Source: an uncultured Chloroflexia bacterium (GTDB lineage: Bacteria; Chloroflexota; Limnocylindria; Limnocylindrales; CSP1-4). Taken from it: DNA of 30,099 nt. The notes below the pieces were generated by a model, which did no database searches, had not been told where the DNA came from, and worked only from the letters and a program-made list of their open reading frames with translations. The stretch covers positions 1-30,099 of the forward strand of contig CAVYBU010000029.1 in the NCBI GenBank assembly GCA_963766735.1. Reading direction: 5' to 3'. The stretch's first letter is position 1; each line of letters opens with the position of its first letter. The position numbers were made by a program, and so were the translations under genes. Positions 16,062 to 28,236 of this stretch are shown one piece after another.

Positions 16062-16310
16062 GCTCGCTCTGGGCTAGGTACCGGGTGCCTTACCCGGGAT
16101 AGCTGCAGTGTCGGTGGGATGGTGCGTCCACCCAATCACCCGTTGGTACTTGCACCCGGTGCGCCCCCGACAACACCGTCGTGACGTCCGGTGTGGTCGT
16201 GTGGGGTCCGGCGTAGGCCGTTCGGGGGAGGGGGTCCCGGTCAGCGGGCCGCGCCCACGCCTCGGCTCTCAGGGACCGCACCCGCGCGTCCAGCGACCGG
16301 CCCTGCGCCC

Positions 16311-17477
16311 TCAGCTCGCTGGGGCAGGGACCTCGGCCGGATGCGAGAGACCTTCGCCGCGCCGCTTGCCCGAGACCGCGTACAGGATCGACCCGAACAC
16401 GATGACCGAGAACACGCTGATCACCCGGTCGAGCAGGGCGATCGCCGTCGCCTCGGCGAGGGGCACGCCGTAGACGAGGGTGAGGACCCCCACGATCCCG
16501 GCCTCCACGATGCCCAGCCCGGCGGGGCTGAGCGGCACGGCCGTCAGCAGCGACCCGATGAGCGCCACGAACACCGCACCGGAGATGCCCAGCTCAACGT
16601 CCGGGAACCCGAGCGCCAGGACCACGAAGTACAGGCGCATGGCCTCGGTCATCCAGATCGCGATGCCCAGGAGCCCGAGTGCCGGCAGCTGCCGGCGCTT
16701 CAGGGCGCTGAAGACACCCTGCTCGAACCGGTCGTAGAACTCCAGGATCCGGCTCGGCAGGGGAAGGGCAGCCAGGATCCGGCGGCCGAAGCTGCGGAGC
16801 GTGAACAGCGCCACGACAAGCAGCGCAACGACCACGAGCGCAACCCCGAACAGCAGCTGGATCGACTCGGGCAACCCGTTCCGGAAGCTCCAGTAGCCGG
16901 CGGCAATCCCGAGCAGCGCGATCGTGAAGATGTCCAGGGCCCGCTCGATGAACACGGTCCCGAACGTGCGGCTCAGCGAGGCGTCGCTGTTGAGGCGAAG
17001 CAGGTAGGAGCGGTACAGGTCGCCCAGCTTTGCGGGAACCAGGCAGTTGACGAGCCATGACAGGAACAGGATCTCCGTCGAGTCCTTGACGCTGATCCGG
17101 AACCCTGTTGCCCGGAGCAACAACGCCCAGCGCAGGCCGCGGAGCGGGAAGCCCAGGTAGAAGACGAGGAATGCGACGAGGACCAGCACGGGGCTGGCGC
17201 CGGCGATCAGGCCCGGGACCTTGGACAGCGACGCCCAGTTGAGGCTCACGAAGAAGGCGATGATCGCCAGCGGGACCAGGATCGAGACGATCGTCCTGGT
17301 CTGGCGGAGGCGGCCGCTCAGGGAGACACGCTCCGCGGCGTCGTCGTTCGAGTCCTCCGCGACCTCTGCCGCGATGACCTGGGGCATGTCCGCACCGATC
17401 TCCATGGCACGGGACGCTACCGGGTCATCATGACCCTCCTCTACGGGTCGATGGTCCTGTCCCTCCTGCTCGGTCAC
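16311..17477 (-). CDS. UPF0104 / lysylphosphatidylglycerol synthase TM-domain (flippase-like) membrane protein
   Basis: RGLRWALLL, NCLVPAKLGDLYR, TVFIERALD, PLSPAGLGIVEAG, ALLDR; GTGA overlap with the PHP gene. Confidence 0.87.
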   Translation of the reverse strand: MTEQEGQDHRPVEEGHDDPVASRAMEIGADMPQVIAAEVAEDSNDDAAERVSLSGRLRQTRTIVSILVPLAIIAFFVSLNWASLSKVPGLIAGASPVLVLVAFLVFYLGFPLRGLRWALLLRATGFRISVKDSTEILFLSWLVNCLVPAKLGDLYRSYLLRLNSDASLSRTFGTVFIERALDIFTIALLGIAAGYWSFRNGLPESIQLLFGVALVVVALLVVALFTLRSFGRRILAALPLPSRILEFYDRFEQGVFSALKRRQLPALGLLGIAIWMTEAMRLYFVVLALGFPDVELGISGAVFVALIGSLLTAVPLSPAGLGIVEAGIVGVLTLVYGVPLAEATAIALLDRVISVFSVIVFGSILYAVSGKRRGEGLSHPAEVPAPAS

Positions 17478-18202
17478 GGGGCGCTCCCGGTGGGAGGCGG
17501 AGGGTCGGCAGCGTCGGGCCGGCGCCGGCCGTTCCCGCGGATCCGCTGGATCCCCTTGGCCACGGGCGTCCAGAGGCGCACGAAGTAGGTCGCGCGCCCC
17601 GGCACGAGATCGAGCGTGACCAGCGTGGCCAGGGCGGCCAGCAGGCCCTCGGGCGTGGACGGATCGCCATCGAGCGCCGTGTAGGCGACCCCTACCTCGA
17701 GCGAGCTGTGGGCATCCGACACCGCGATGCCGGGCAGCCCCAGCTCCCGGGCGAAGGCCGCTGCCCGTTCGTTGCCGGACCCGCCCACCACCCGGGCGTT
17801 ATGCGCCTCGACCCAGTCCACCAGCCCGCCGATGCCCTCCAGGCGGGGGTCGTTGAACATCGATCCCCGGTGCTTGTCGAACGGGTGCGGAATGCCCACG
17901 AGGCCGCCCTGGTCCCGGACCTCCGCGATGGTCTCGCGGGCGGGCTTTCCGGGCGACACCGCACTCTCGAGGAACAGGGCGATGAGGTCCCCGTCCGCGG
18001 TCTTGACCTCTTCCCCCACGATCACCGTGAGCCCGTCCGGGGCCGCATCCCGGGCCCGCAGCGCGCCCTCGATCCGGTCGTGATCCGTGATGGCGAGATG
18101 CGTGATCCCCCGGGTCGTCGCCGCCTTGACGACGGCCTCGGGCGATGCGAGCGAGTCGAAGCTCGCGGACGTATGACAGTGGAGGTCGACGAACGCCCTC
18201 AC
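17474..18202 (-). CDS. PHP-domain metal-dependent phosphoesterase
   Basis: DLHCHT..SFDS, AITDHD, GEE, PHPF, EAHNAR, SDAH; GTG 18202 has GGAG upstream (alternative start 18223). Confidence 0.88.
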   Translation of the reverse strand: MRAFVDLHCHTSASFDSLASPEAVVKAATTRGITHLAITDHDRIEGALRARDAAPDGLTVIVGEEVKTADGDLIALFLESAVSPGKPARETIAEVRDQGGLVGIPHPFDKHRGSMFNDPRLEGIGGLVDWVEAHNARVVGGSGNERAAAFARELGLPGIAVSDAHSSLEVGVAYTALDGDPSTPEGLLAALATLVTLDLVPGRATYFVRLWTPVAKGIQRIRGNGRRRPDAADPPPPTGSAP

Positions 18203-18251
18203 CCATTCACTCCGGCGGAGCACCGTCCGCTGGCTGGCGTGCCCATCCTCC

Positions 18252-18410
18252 GCGATTCCAGTCCTGCGGGACTGAGATCGCGTCCGGTAGGGCCCGTCAC
18301 CCAGCCATGGTCACCGGGATTGGCCGAGACGCCCGACGACCAGGAGAGAGAGGAAGACTGGCGGCACCGCGGGCTACCGCAGGCGATCTCAGTCCGCAGA
18401 CTGGAATCGC
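18252..18410. repeat. REPIN/MITE-like element, copy 1
   Basis: Left arm GCGATTCCAGTCCTGCGGGACTGAGATCGC (18252-18281) and inverted right arm GCGATCTCAGTCCGCAGACTGGAATCGC (18383-18410); both arms recur at 21330-21545. Confidence 0.8.
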
Positions 18411-18441
18411 CGAGGATGCCCACGGCGCTGCCCGGTCCCAC

Positions 18442-19440
18442 TCAGATCTGCTGGACCAGGGACTTCTTGAAGAAGTCGAAATGCTCCAGGGCCAGGCCTG
18501 TGCCCAGCGCCACGCAGTTCAGCGAGTTCTCCGCCACGTGGCAGGGGACGCCGGTGACCTGGGTCAGGAGCTTGTCGATGTTGCGCAGCAGCGAGCCGCC
18601 GCCGGACATGACCATGCCCTTGTCGATGATGTCGGAGCTCAGCTCCGGTGGCGTCTGCTCCAGCACCAGCCGGACCGCGGCGACAAGCTGCTGGAGGGGA
18701 ATCTCGATCGCCTCCATCACCTCGGAGGATGTGATCGGGATCGTGCGCGGCAGGCCGGCGATCAGGTCGCGCCCGCGGACCTCCATCGTGATCTCGCGCT
18801 CCAGCGGGAGGGCCGTCCCGATCTGGATCTTGACCTCCTCCGCCGTCCGCTCGCCGATCATGAGGTTGTACTTCTTGCGGATGTAGGTGGCGATCGCCTC
18901 GTCGAACTTGTTGCCGCCGACACGAAGGCTGTTGCTCACCACGATGCCGCCGAGCGCGATCACCGCGATCTCGGACGTGCCGCCACCGATGTCGATGATC
19001 ATGTTCCCGGAGGGCCCACTGATCGGCACGTTGGCACCGATCGCCGCGGCCAGGGGCTCCTCGATGAGGTACGCGTCCTTCGCGCCGGCCTTGAGGGCCG
19101 CGTCGCGCACGGCGCGCTTCTCCACGGAAGTGACGCCGGCCGGGACGCTGATCATCACGTCCGGCCTGGAGAAGCCGATCCGGCCCTTCGTCGCCTTGCC
19201 GATGAAGAAGCGGAGCATGGCCTCCGTGATGACGTAGTCGGCGATGACGCCGTCCTTCATCGGGCGGATGGCCTGGATGTTGCCGGGAGTCCGGCCGATC
19301 ATCTCGCGGGCTTCTTCACCCACTGCGACGATCCTGTTGTCCTCACCGACCGCGACGACGGAGGGCTCCGTGATGACGATGCCCTTGCCCTTCACATAGA
19401 CGATGACGTTCGCGGTGCCGAGGTCGATGCCGATCTTCAT
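18442..19440 (-). CDS. mreB: Rod shape-determining actin homologue MreB/Mbl
   Basis: [46 protein letters not shown]; no mreC/mreD adjacent. Confidence 0.95.
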   Translation of the reverse strand: MKIGIDLGTANVIVYVKGKGIVITEPSVVAVGEDNRIVAVGEEAREMIGRTPGNIQAIRPMKDGVIADYVITEAMLRFFIGKATKGRIGFSRPDVMISVPAGVTSVEKRAVRDAALKAGAKDAYLIEEPLAAAIGANVPISGPSGNMIIDIGGGTSEIAVIALGGIVVSNSLRVGGNKFDEAIATYIRKKYNLMIGERTAEEVKIQIGTALPLEREITMEVRGRDLIAGLPRTIPITSSEVMEAIEIPLQQLVAAVRLVLEQTPPELSSDIIDKGMVMSGGGSLLRNIDKLLTQVTGVPCHVAENSLNCVALGTGLALEHFDFFKKSLVQQI

Positions 19441-19520
19441 ACGAGGGGATGCTACTCCGATGCGGGGCACGGCCCGTTGAGGCCGGCAGGATGGATCAGG
19501 GGTTGGGGCCGACCTGGGCC

Positions 19521-20852
19521 TCAGGCCCGGTCGGCCGAACGCGAGATGATCGCGCCGAGCTGCTGGAACTTCCGGTCGATGTTCTCATACCCGCGGTGAA
19601 CGTGGTGTGCGCCGTGGATCAGGGAGGCGCCGTCCGCCGCGAGGGCGGCGAGGATGAGCGAGGCGCCGGCGCGCAGGTCACCGATGGACGCCTCCGCGCC
19701 GTGGAGGCGGACGGGGCCGTGGATGGACGCGTGGTGCGCGTCCTCGATATCGACCCGTGCCCCCAGCTTGCGCAGCTCCGTCAGCCACTCGAGGCGATCC
19801 TCGAAGATCGCCTCGTGGACGCGCGAGGTGCCGGTGGCCTGGGTCAGGAGCACGCACATCGGCGGCTGGACGTCCGTGGCCAGGCCCGGGTACGGCGCAG
19901 TCTCGATGTCGCAGGCGCGCAGGTCACCGGGCCGCAGCCCCGTGGCATCGATGTCGATGGTGTGTGCCCCGCAGGCGACCGGCACGCCGATCTGGCCGAA
20001 GGCCTCGATCAGGCCCTGGACATGGCTGCAGGCTGCGTTCTCCAGCGTCAGCCGGCCGCCGGTCACCGCCGCCGCCACGAGGAAGGTCCCCGTCTCGATC
20101 CGGTCCGGCACCACCGAGTGGTTTGCACCGCGGAGCCGCTTGCGGCCGTGGACCTCGATGACGTCCGGGGCCGTCCGCGTGACATCGGCTCCCATCTCGC
20201 GCAGGAAGGTGATGAGATCGTCGACCTCCGGCTCCTGCGCCGCCGGCCGGATGACCGTATCGCCCTCGGCCAGGGTGGCCGCCAGCATCGCGTTCTCGGT
20301 GCCCATCACGGTGACCTGGGGGAACGTCACCTCGCCGCCACGGAGCCGGCCGGGCGCCTGGGCGTAGTAGTAGCCGTTGCGGTACTCGATCTCCGCGCCC
20401 AGCGCCCGCATCGCGTCCACGTGGAGGTTGACCGGGCGCCGTCCGATCCGGTCCCCGCCCGGGTTGCTGATGATGACGCGCCCGAAGCGGGCGAGGAGCG
20501 GGCCCAGCAGGATGAACGAGGCGCGCATCTTGGCGGCGGCCTCGAGCGGGATGAACAGCCAGTCCACGTCGCCGGCGGCGACCTCGTAGACGCCGGGGGC
20601 CGGATGATCCACCACGACACCCAGGTCCGTGAGGACCTCCGCCATGACGAGGACGTCCTCGATCTCGGGCACGTTCTCGAAGCGGCAGCGCTCGCCCGTG
20701 AGGACGGCAGCCGCAAGCAGCTTGAGGGCAGCATTCTTGGCGCCGCTGACCGTGACCGTGCCCCGGAGCGGGCGGCCACCCTCGATCCGGAAGGCTTCTG
20801 GGGGTGCCGGTTCCGGGTGGTACTCCCAGTGGAACGGCCGGGCGTCAGCCAT
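19521..20852 (-). CDS. murA: UDP-N-acetylglucosamine 1-carboxyvinyltransferase
   Basis: [60 protein letters not shown]. Confidence 0.95.
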   Translation of the reverse strand: MADARPFHWEYHPEPAPPEAFRIEGGRPLRGTVTVSGAKNAALKLLAAAVLTGERCRFENVPEIEDVLVMAEVLTDLGVVVDHPAPGVYEVAAGDVDWLFIPLEAAAKMRASFILLGPLLARFGRVIISNPGGDRIGRRPVNLHVDAMRALGAEIEYRNGYYYAQAPGRLRGGEVTFPQVTVMGTENAMLAATLAEGDTVIRPAAQEPEVDDLITFLREMGADVTRTAPDVIEVHGRKRLRGANHSVVPDRIETGTFLVAAAVTGGRLTLENAACSHVQGLIEAFGQIGVPVACGAHTIDIDATGLRPGDLRACDIETAPYPGLATDVQPPMCVLLTQATGTSRVHEAIFEDRLEWLTELRKLGARVDIEDAHHASIHGPVRLHGAEASIGDLRAGASLILAALAADGASLIHGAHHVHRGYENIDRKFQQLGAIISRSADRA

Positions 20853-20855
20853 GGT

Positions 20856-21284
20856 CTAGCCGCGCGAGCGCGGGCCCTCCCGGTGGCGGCGTTCGGCAAC
20901 CCGGATCCGGAGCAGCGCCTGCTGCAGCTCGCCACGGGCGGCCGCGAGGTCCGCCCCCTCGTGGTAGCCGGACGCGAGTGCTCGCTCCGCCTCCTTGCGG
21001 GCCTCCTCGGCCTTCCCGAGGTCGATCTCGGACGCCATGTCGGCCATCTCGGCCATCACGACGACCTTGTCCGGGCGGACCTGGAGGAACCCGCCCGCGA
21101 TGGCGAAGCTCTCCTCGTCCCCGCCTTTGCGGATCCGGAGCTCGCCGACGCCCAGCAGGCTGACCAGCGGAGTGTGGTGGGGCAGGATCCCAAGCTCGCC
21201 GTCGATGCCCGGCACCAGGACCATGTCGACCTCGTCCGAGTACGCCAGCCGCTCTGGCGTGACGATCTCGAGGTGGAGCGTCAT
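20856..21284 (-). CDS. atpC: F1Fo ATP synthase subunit epsilon
   Basis: MTLHLEIVTPER...PGIDGELGILPHHTP...GGFLQV; true start ATG 21284. Confidence 0.94.
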   Translation of the reverse strand: MTLHLEIVTPERLAYSDEVDMVLVPGIDGELGILPHHTPLVSLLGVGELRIRKGGDEESFAIAGGFLQVRPDKVVVMAEMADMASEIDLGKAEEARKEAERALASGYHEGADLAAARGELQQALLRIRVAERRHREGPRSRG

Positions 21285-21329
21285 CAGTTCGTACCCCAGT
21301 GACGGCCGCTCTCGCTCGCGCCGTCGGGT

Positions 21330-21545
21330 CGATTCCAGTCCTGCGGGACTGAGATCGCCCTCCACCAGGCCAGCTGCGCGGCCGATTGGCGGTGAGGCTG
21401 CCGCTCCACCCATCCTCCTCGACCCGAGACGGGCGTCCTGACGACGGGCGCCGGGCATCACGGGGAGAGGGAGGGAGGAGGAGACGGAGAGTGCCCGCGC
21501 AGACGTCCGGAAAGAGGGCGATCTCAGTCCGCAGACTGGAATCGC
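21330..21545. repeat. REPIN/MITE-like element, copy 2 (between atpD and atpC)
   Basis: Left arm 21330-21358 identical to 18253-18281; right arm 21517-21546 identical to 18382-18411. Confidence 0.8.
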
Positions 21546-21586
21546 CCGAAGGCCGGACGGCGAGAGCGGGCACATCTGCATCAGCC

Positions 21587-23889
<2,303 letters not shown>

Positions 23890-23912
23890 TGCTCGCTACC
23901 GCTCCGGGCCGC

Positions 23913-25445
<1,533 letters not shown>

Positions 25446-25514
25446 GGCGTCTCCGTCTGGGCGTTCGCAGGCTCCCGTTCGCTCCGGCACTCGACCGGCC
25501 GCGCGGGCGGGGGG

Positions 25515-26066
25515 CTAGCGGAGGCGTGCCCCCGCGTGTAGCTGGTCGCGCAGCCGCTCGAGGCGGCCGCGGATCGAGGCGTCGAGGAGCTGGTCGCGGA
25601 CCTGGACGGTCAGCCCGCCCAGGAGGTCCGGATCGACCTCCGCACGGAGCTCCACGGTGGTGCCGGCCATCGTCTCGACCCGGTTCCGGATCGCGACGGT
25701 CTCGTCCGCGGTGAGCGGCACGGCGCTGGTGACGGTGGCCATGACCACCGCGCGGTGAGCGTTGAGGCGCCGGGCGTACTCCTCGGCAACGCGGGGGAGG
25801 ATGCCTCCCCGACCGCGTTCCACGAGCAGCGCCACGAGTCGCAGCGCCCCCGGCTGGATCCGCGCCTCCAGGAGCCCGGCCACGATGGCCTTGCGCTGGA
25901 CGAGCGGGATGGCCGGGCTGTCCACGACCGGCGCGACGTCGGGCCGGCCGAGGATCTCCGCCGAGAGCGCGAGGTCCTCCTTCCAGCGGTCGAGCTGGTC
26001 GTGCGCGAGGGCCACCTCGAAGGCGGCCTCCGCGTAGCGACGGGCGGCGGCGACGGGTCGGCTCAT
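25515..26066 (-). CDS. atpH: F1Fo ATP synthase subunit delta
   Basis: ARRYAEA, VTSAVPL, VDPDLLGG, DASIRGRL. Confidence 0.95.
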   Translation of the reverse strand: MSRPVAAARRYAEAAFEVALAHDQLDRWKEDLALSAEILGRPDVAPVVDSPAIPLVQRKAIVAGLLEARIQPGALRLVALLVERGRGGILPRVAEEYARRLNAHRAVVMATVTSAVPLTADETVAIRNRVETMAGTTVELRAEVDPDLLGGLTVQVRDQLLDASIRGRLERLRDQLHAGARLR

Positions 26067-26641
26067 CAGTTCCTGGACCCGGCCGAGTCGGCGAGGAAGT
26101 CCGCTACCAGCTTGCGCTGGCGATCAGAGGTCATCGAGTCGCCGACGACGCGGCCGGCGGCGGCAAGGGCGAGGTCGGTGACCTCCCCACGGAGCTCTGC
26201 GATGGCTCGCTGCTTCTCCGCGTCGATCTCGGCCGTGGCGCGCTCGCGCAGACGTCCGAGCTCTTCGCGGGTGGCGGCGATATCCGCTTCCCTCGACTCC
26301 GCGGCAACCTTCTGGGCGCGGTTGATGATCTCGTTTGCTTCCCGGCGCGCCTCCTGGAGGGCGGCCAGCCGCTCCTGTTCGCCGGACTCGCGATCCCTCC
26401 GGGCCTGGTCAGCGTCCTGGAGGCCCTGCTCGATACGCGAGCGGCGGTCCTCGAGGGTCTTGCTCAGGCCTGCGAGGGCGAACTCGCGGATCAGGAAGAA
26501 GAACAGGATGAAGGTCGTCGCCGAGACGATGATCCAGAACAGGTTGATCTGGAACGGCTCCGCCCCGGCCGCCTCGCCGCCCTCAGCTGCGAGCGCGGCG
26601 ACCTGCCGGACGCCGTCACGGACAAGGGCGAGGATGTCCAC
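26066..26641 (-). CDS. atpF: F1Fo ATP synthase subunit b
   Basis: Single TM (INLFWIIVSATTFILFFFLI) then coiled coil; between atpE and atpH; start GTG 26641 or TTG 26650. Confidence 0.92.
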   Translation of the reverse strand: MDILALVRDGVRQVAALAAEGGEAAGAEPFQINLFWIIVSATTFILFFFLIREFALAGLSKTLEDRRSRIEQGLQDADQARRDRESGEQERLAALQEARREANEIINRAQKVAAESREADIAATREELGRLRERATAEIDAEKQRAIAELRGEVTDLALAAAGRVVGDSMTSDRQRKLVADFLADSAGSRN

Positions 26642-26650
26642 GGCCGGCAA

Positions 26651-26863
26651 CTACGCGGCGAAGATCGCGAGGAGGCCGACGACGATCGCGAGCACGCCAA
26701 GGCCCTCGGCGAAGGCCGCGAGGATGATGGCGAGACCGCGGATCTGGCCGGCGGCGTCAGGGTTGCGGCCGATCGCGCTGCTCGACATGCCGGCGAGGAT
26801 GCCGATGCCGATGCCGGGGCCAAGGACGCCTAGAGCGGCGATGCCGGCGCCAATCGCTTCCAT
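26651..26863 (-). CDS. atpE: F1Fo ATP synthase subunit c
   Basis: GxGxGxG helix, RNP loop, AFAEG carboxylate. Confidence 0.95.
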   Translation of the reverse strand: MEAIGAGIAALGVLGPGIGIGILAGMSSSAIGRNPDAAGQIRGLAIILAAFAEGLGVLAIVVGLLAIFAA

Positions 26864-26916
26864 CGAGTGAAACCCTCCATTCGACCCGGGTTGGCCGGGT
26901 TCAGGTGCCTAGGTGA

Positions 26917-27948
26917 TCAGTGGGCCCCGGCCGTTGCCGGCTCGGGATCCGTGGGGGCTGGCTGCGGCTCGTGCTCCTCATGGTGCTCGTCGCCGTGATG
27001 CTCGATCGCCGCCAGGGTGAACATGAGTGTCAGCGTACTGAAGATCAGCGCCTGGACGAGGTTCAGCATGACCTCGAGGGCGTACATGGCAAGGGGGATG
27101 AACGCCACCGTCAGGGCCGTGAGGACGCCGAGGGCGACCTCACCGCCGTAGATGTTGCCGAAGAGTCGCATGGACAGCGTGACCGGCTTCACGAACTCCA
27201 GGAGGAGCTCCACGAGGCCCACGAACATGGCGATGAGCCCCGCCCCGATCCCCTTCCTGAACTCGGTCACGGGGAAGAACTTGCCCAGGTAGCCCAGGCC
27301 CAGGTGCTTGAAGCCCTGGAACTGGAAGAACAGGAACGCGACCATCGCCAGGCCGATGGTGACGTTCACGTCGCTCGTCGGCGCACGGAACCAGATCACC
27401 CGGCCGACGCCGGGGATGAGCCCCGACCAGTTGCTGAACAGGATCAGGAGGAAGAAGGCGGCAAACAGCGGGATGTAGGGCTTGGCCCCCGGACCGCCCA
27501 GCGACATCGCGAAGCTCTCGAGGGACTCGAAGATCCACTCGGCTACGTTCTGCCGGCCACTGGGGATCATCCTCGCTCCCCGGGCCATCAGCCAGAACGA
27601 GAGGATCACGACGACCGCCACGATCCACAGGGTCAGCAGCGTGGACGAGATGCTCACGTCAAAGACCACGAGGCCGGGCGGCGTGTGGTGGCCGACCGGG
27701 ATCACGGCGTGGGGTGCCGGGAGTTCGAGGTTGCCGTTGATGAAGCAGATCGGGTAGACGCACTCGGCGGTGGCACCGCCCTCGGCCGTCGGATCGAACG
27801 GGGGGACGACGAAGAACGCGATGACGTCGATGACGAGGACTGCGGCGAGCATCAGCAGGATGCGGTTGCGGCGGCTCATCGATCCGCTTCCACCATCCGT
27901 GTTTCGCGCGTCACGTTCCCTCCGTGCAGCGGCGCGGCCATCGGCCAC
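26917..27948 (-). CDS. atpB: F1Fo ATP synthase subunit a
   Basis: PSGRQN, NWSGLIP, APTSDVN, LSMRLFGN, VQALIFSTL; alternative start ATG 27879. Confidence 0.94.
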   Translation of the reverse strand: MADGRAAARRERDARNTDGGSGSMSRRNRILLMLAAVLVIDVIAFFVVPPFDPTAEGGATAECVYPICFINGNLELPAPHAVIPVGHHTPPGLVVFDVSISSTLLTLWIVAVVVILSFWLMARGARMIPSGRQNVAEWIFESLESFAMSLGGPGAKPYIPLFAAFFLLILFSNWSGLIPGVGRVIWFRAPTSDVNVTIGLAMVAFLFFQFQGFKHLGLGYLGKFFPVTEFRKGIGAGLIAMFVGLVELLLEFVKPVTLSMRLFGNIYGGEVALGVLTALTVAFIPLAMYALEVMLNLVQALIFSTLTLMFTLAAIEHHGDEHHEEHEPQPAPTDPEPATAGAH

Positions 27949-27976
27949 GCGTCATCCGTGTCCGTTCCGTGGCCGG

Positions 27977-28189
27977 TCAGTCCAACCGCTTCAGGAACCG
28001 TGTCAGCAGGCGATAGATCCCAAATGCTCCAAGCCCGGCGCCGGCAAGGAAGCCGACCAGAATGAACAGCGGCCTGGTTCCCAGCTCCTGGTCCACCCAG
28101 TAACCCGCCGCCACTCCGGCGAGCGTCGTAACGAGGAGGACCAGGCCGATCTCGGAGAACAGCGCGAGGTATCCGAAACCGGCATTCAT
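27977..28189 (-). CDS. AtpZ/AtpI family protein
   Basis: Two TM helices with GYWVDQELGTRPLF; first gene of the atp operon. Confidence 0.87.
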   Translation of the reverse strand: MNAGFGYLALFSEIGLVLLVTTLAGVAAGYWVDQELGTRPLFILVGFLAGAGLGAFGIYRLLTRFLKRLD

Positions 28190-28213
28190 GGGCGACCAAC
28201 CACCGCGCCGGTG

Positions 28214-28222
28214 ACTATACCA
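28214..28222 (-). promoter_or_regulatory. Extended -10 promoter of the atp operon
   Basis: Minus strand TGgTATAGT, 24 nt before ATG 28189. Confidence 0.6.
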
Positions 28223-28236
28223 GAGCCCCCCGGGGG

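Noticed and set aside
18240-18422. TGCCCA on both sides of element copy 1 as a target-site duplication
   Set aside because: It overlaps the extended inverted repeat and no equivalent duplication flanks copy 2.
18252-21545. Roughly 30-nt palindromic repeats as a CRISPR array
   Set aside because: Arms are inverted pairs with 101- and 159-nt spacers, only two loci 3 kb apart, and no cas genes.
21285-21581. 99-aa N-terminal extension of atpC
   Set aside because: It is the translated repeat element; epsilon homology begins at MTLHLEIVTP (21284).
26651-26863. Na+-coupled ATP synthase
   Set aside because: Subunit c has GPGIGIG and AEGLGVL, lacking the Gln and the E-S/T-Y ligands of Na+-binding c-rings; H+-type is more likely.
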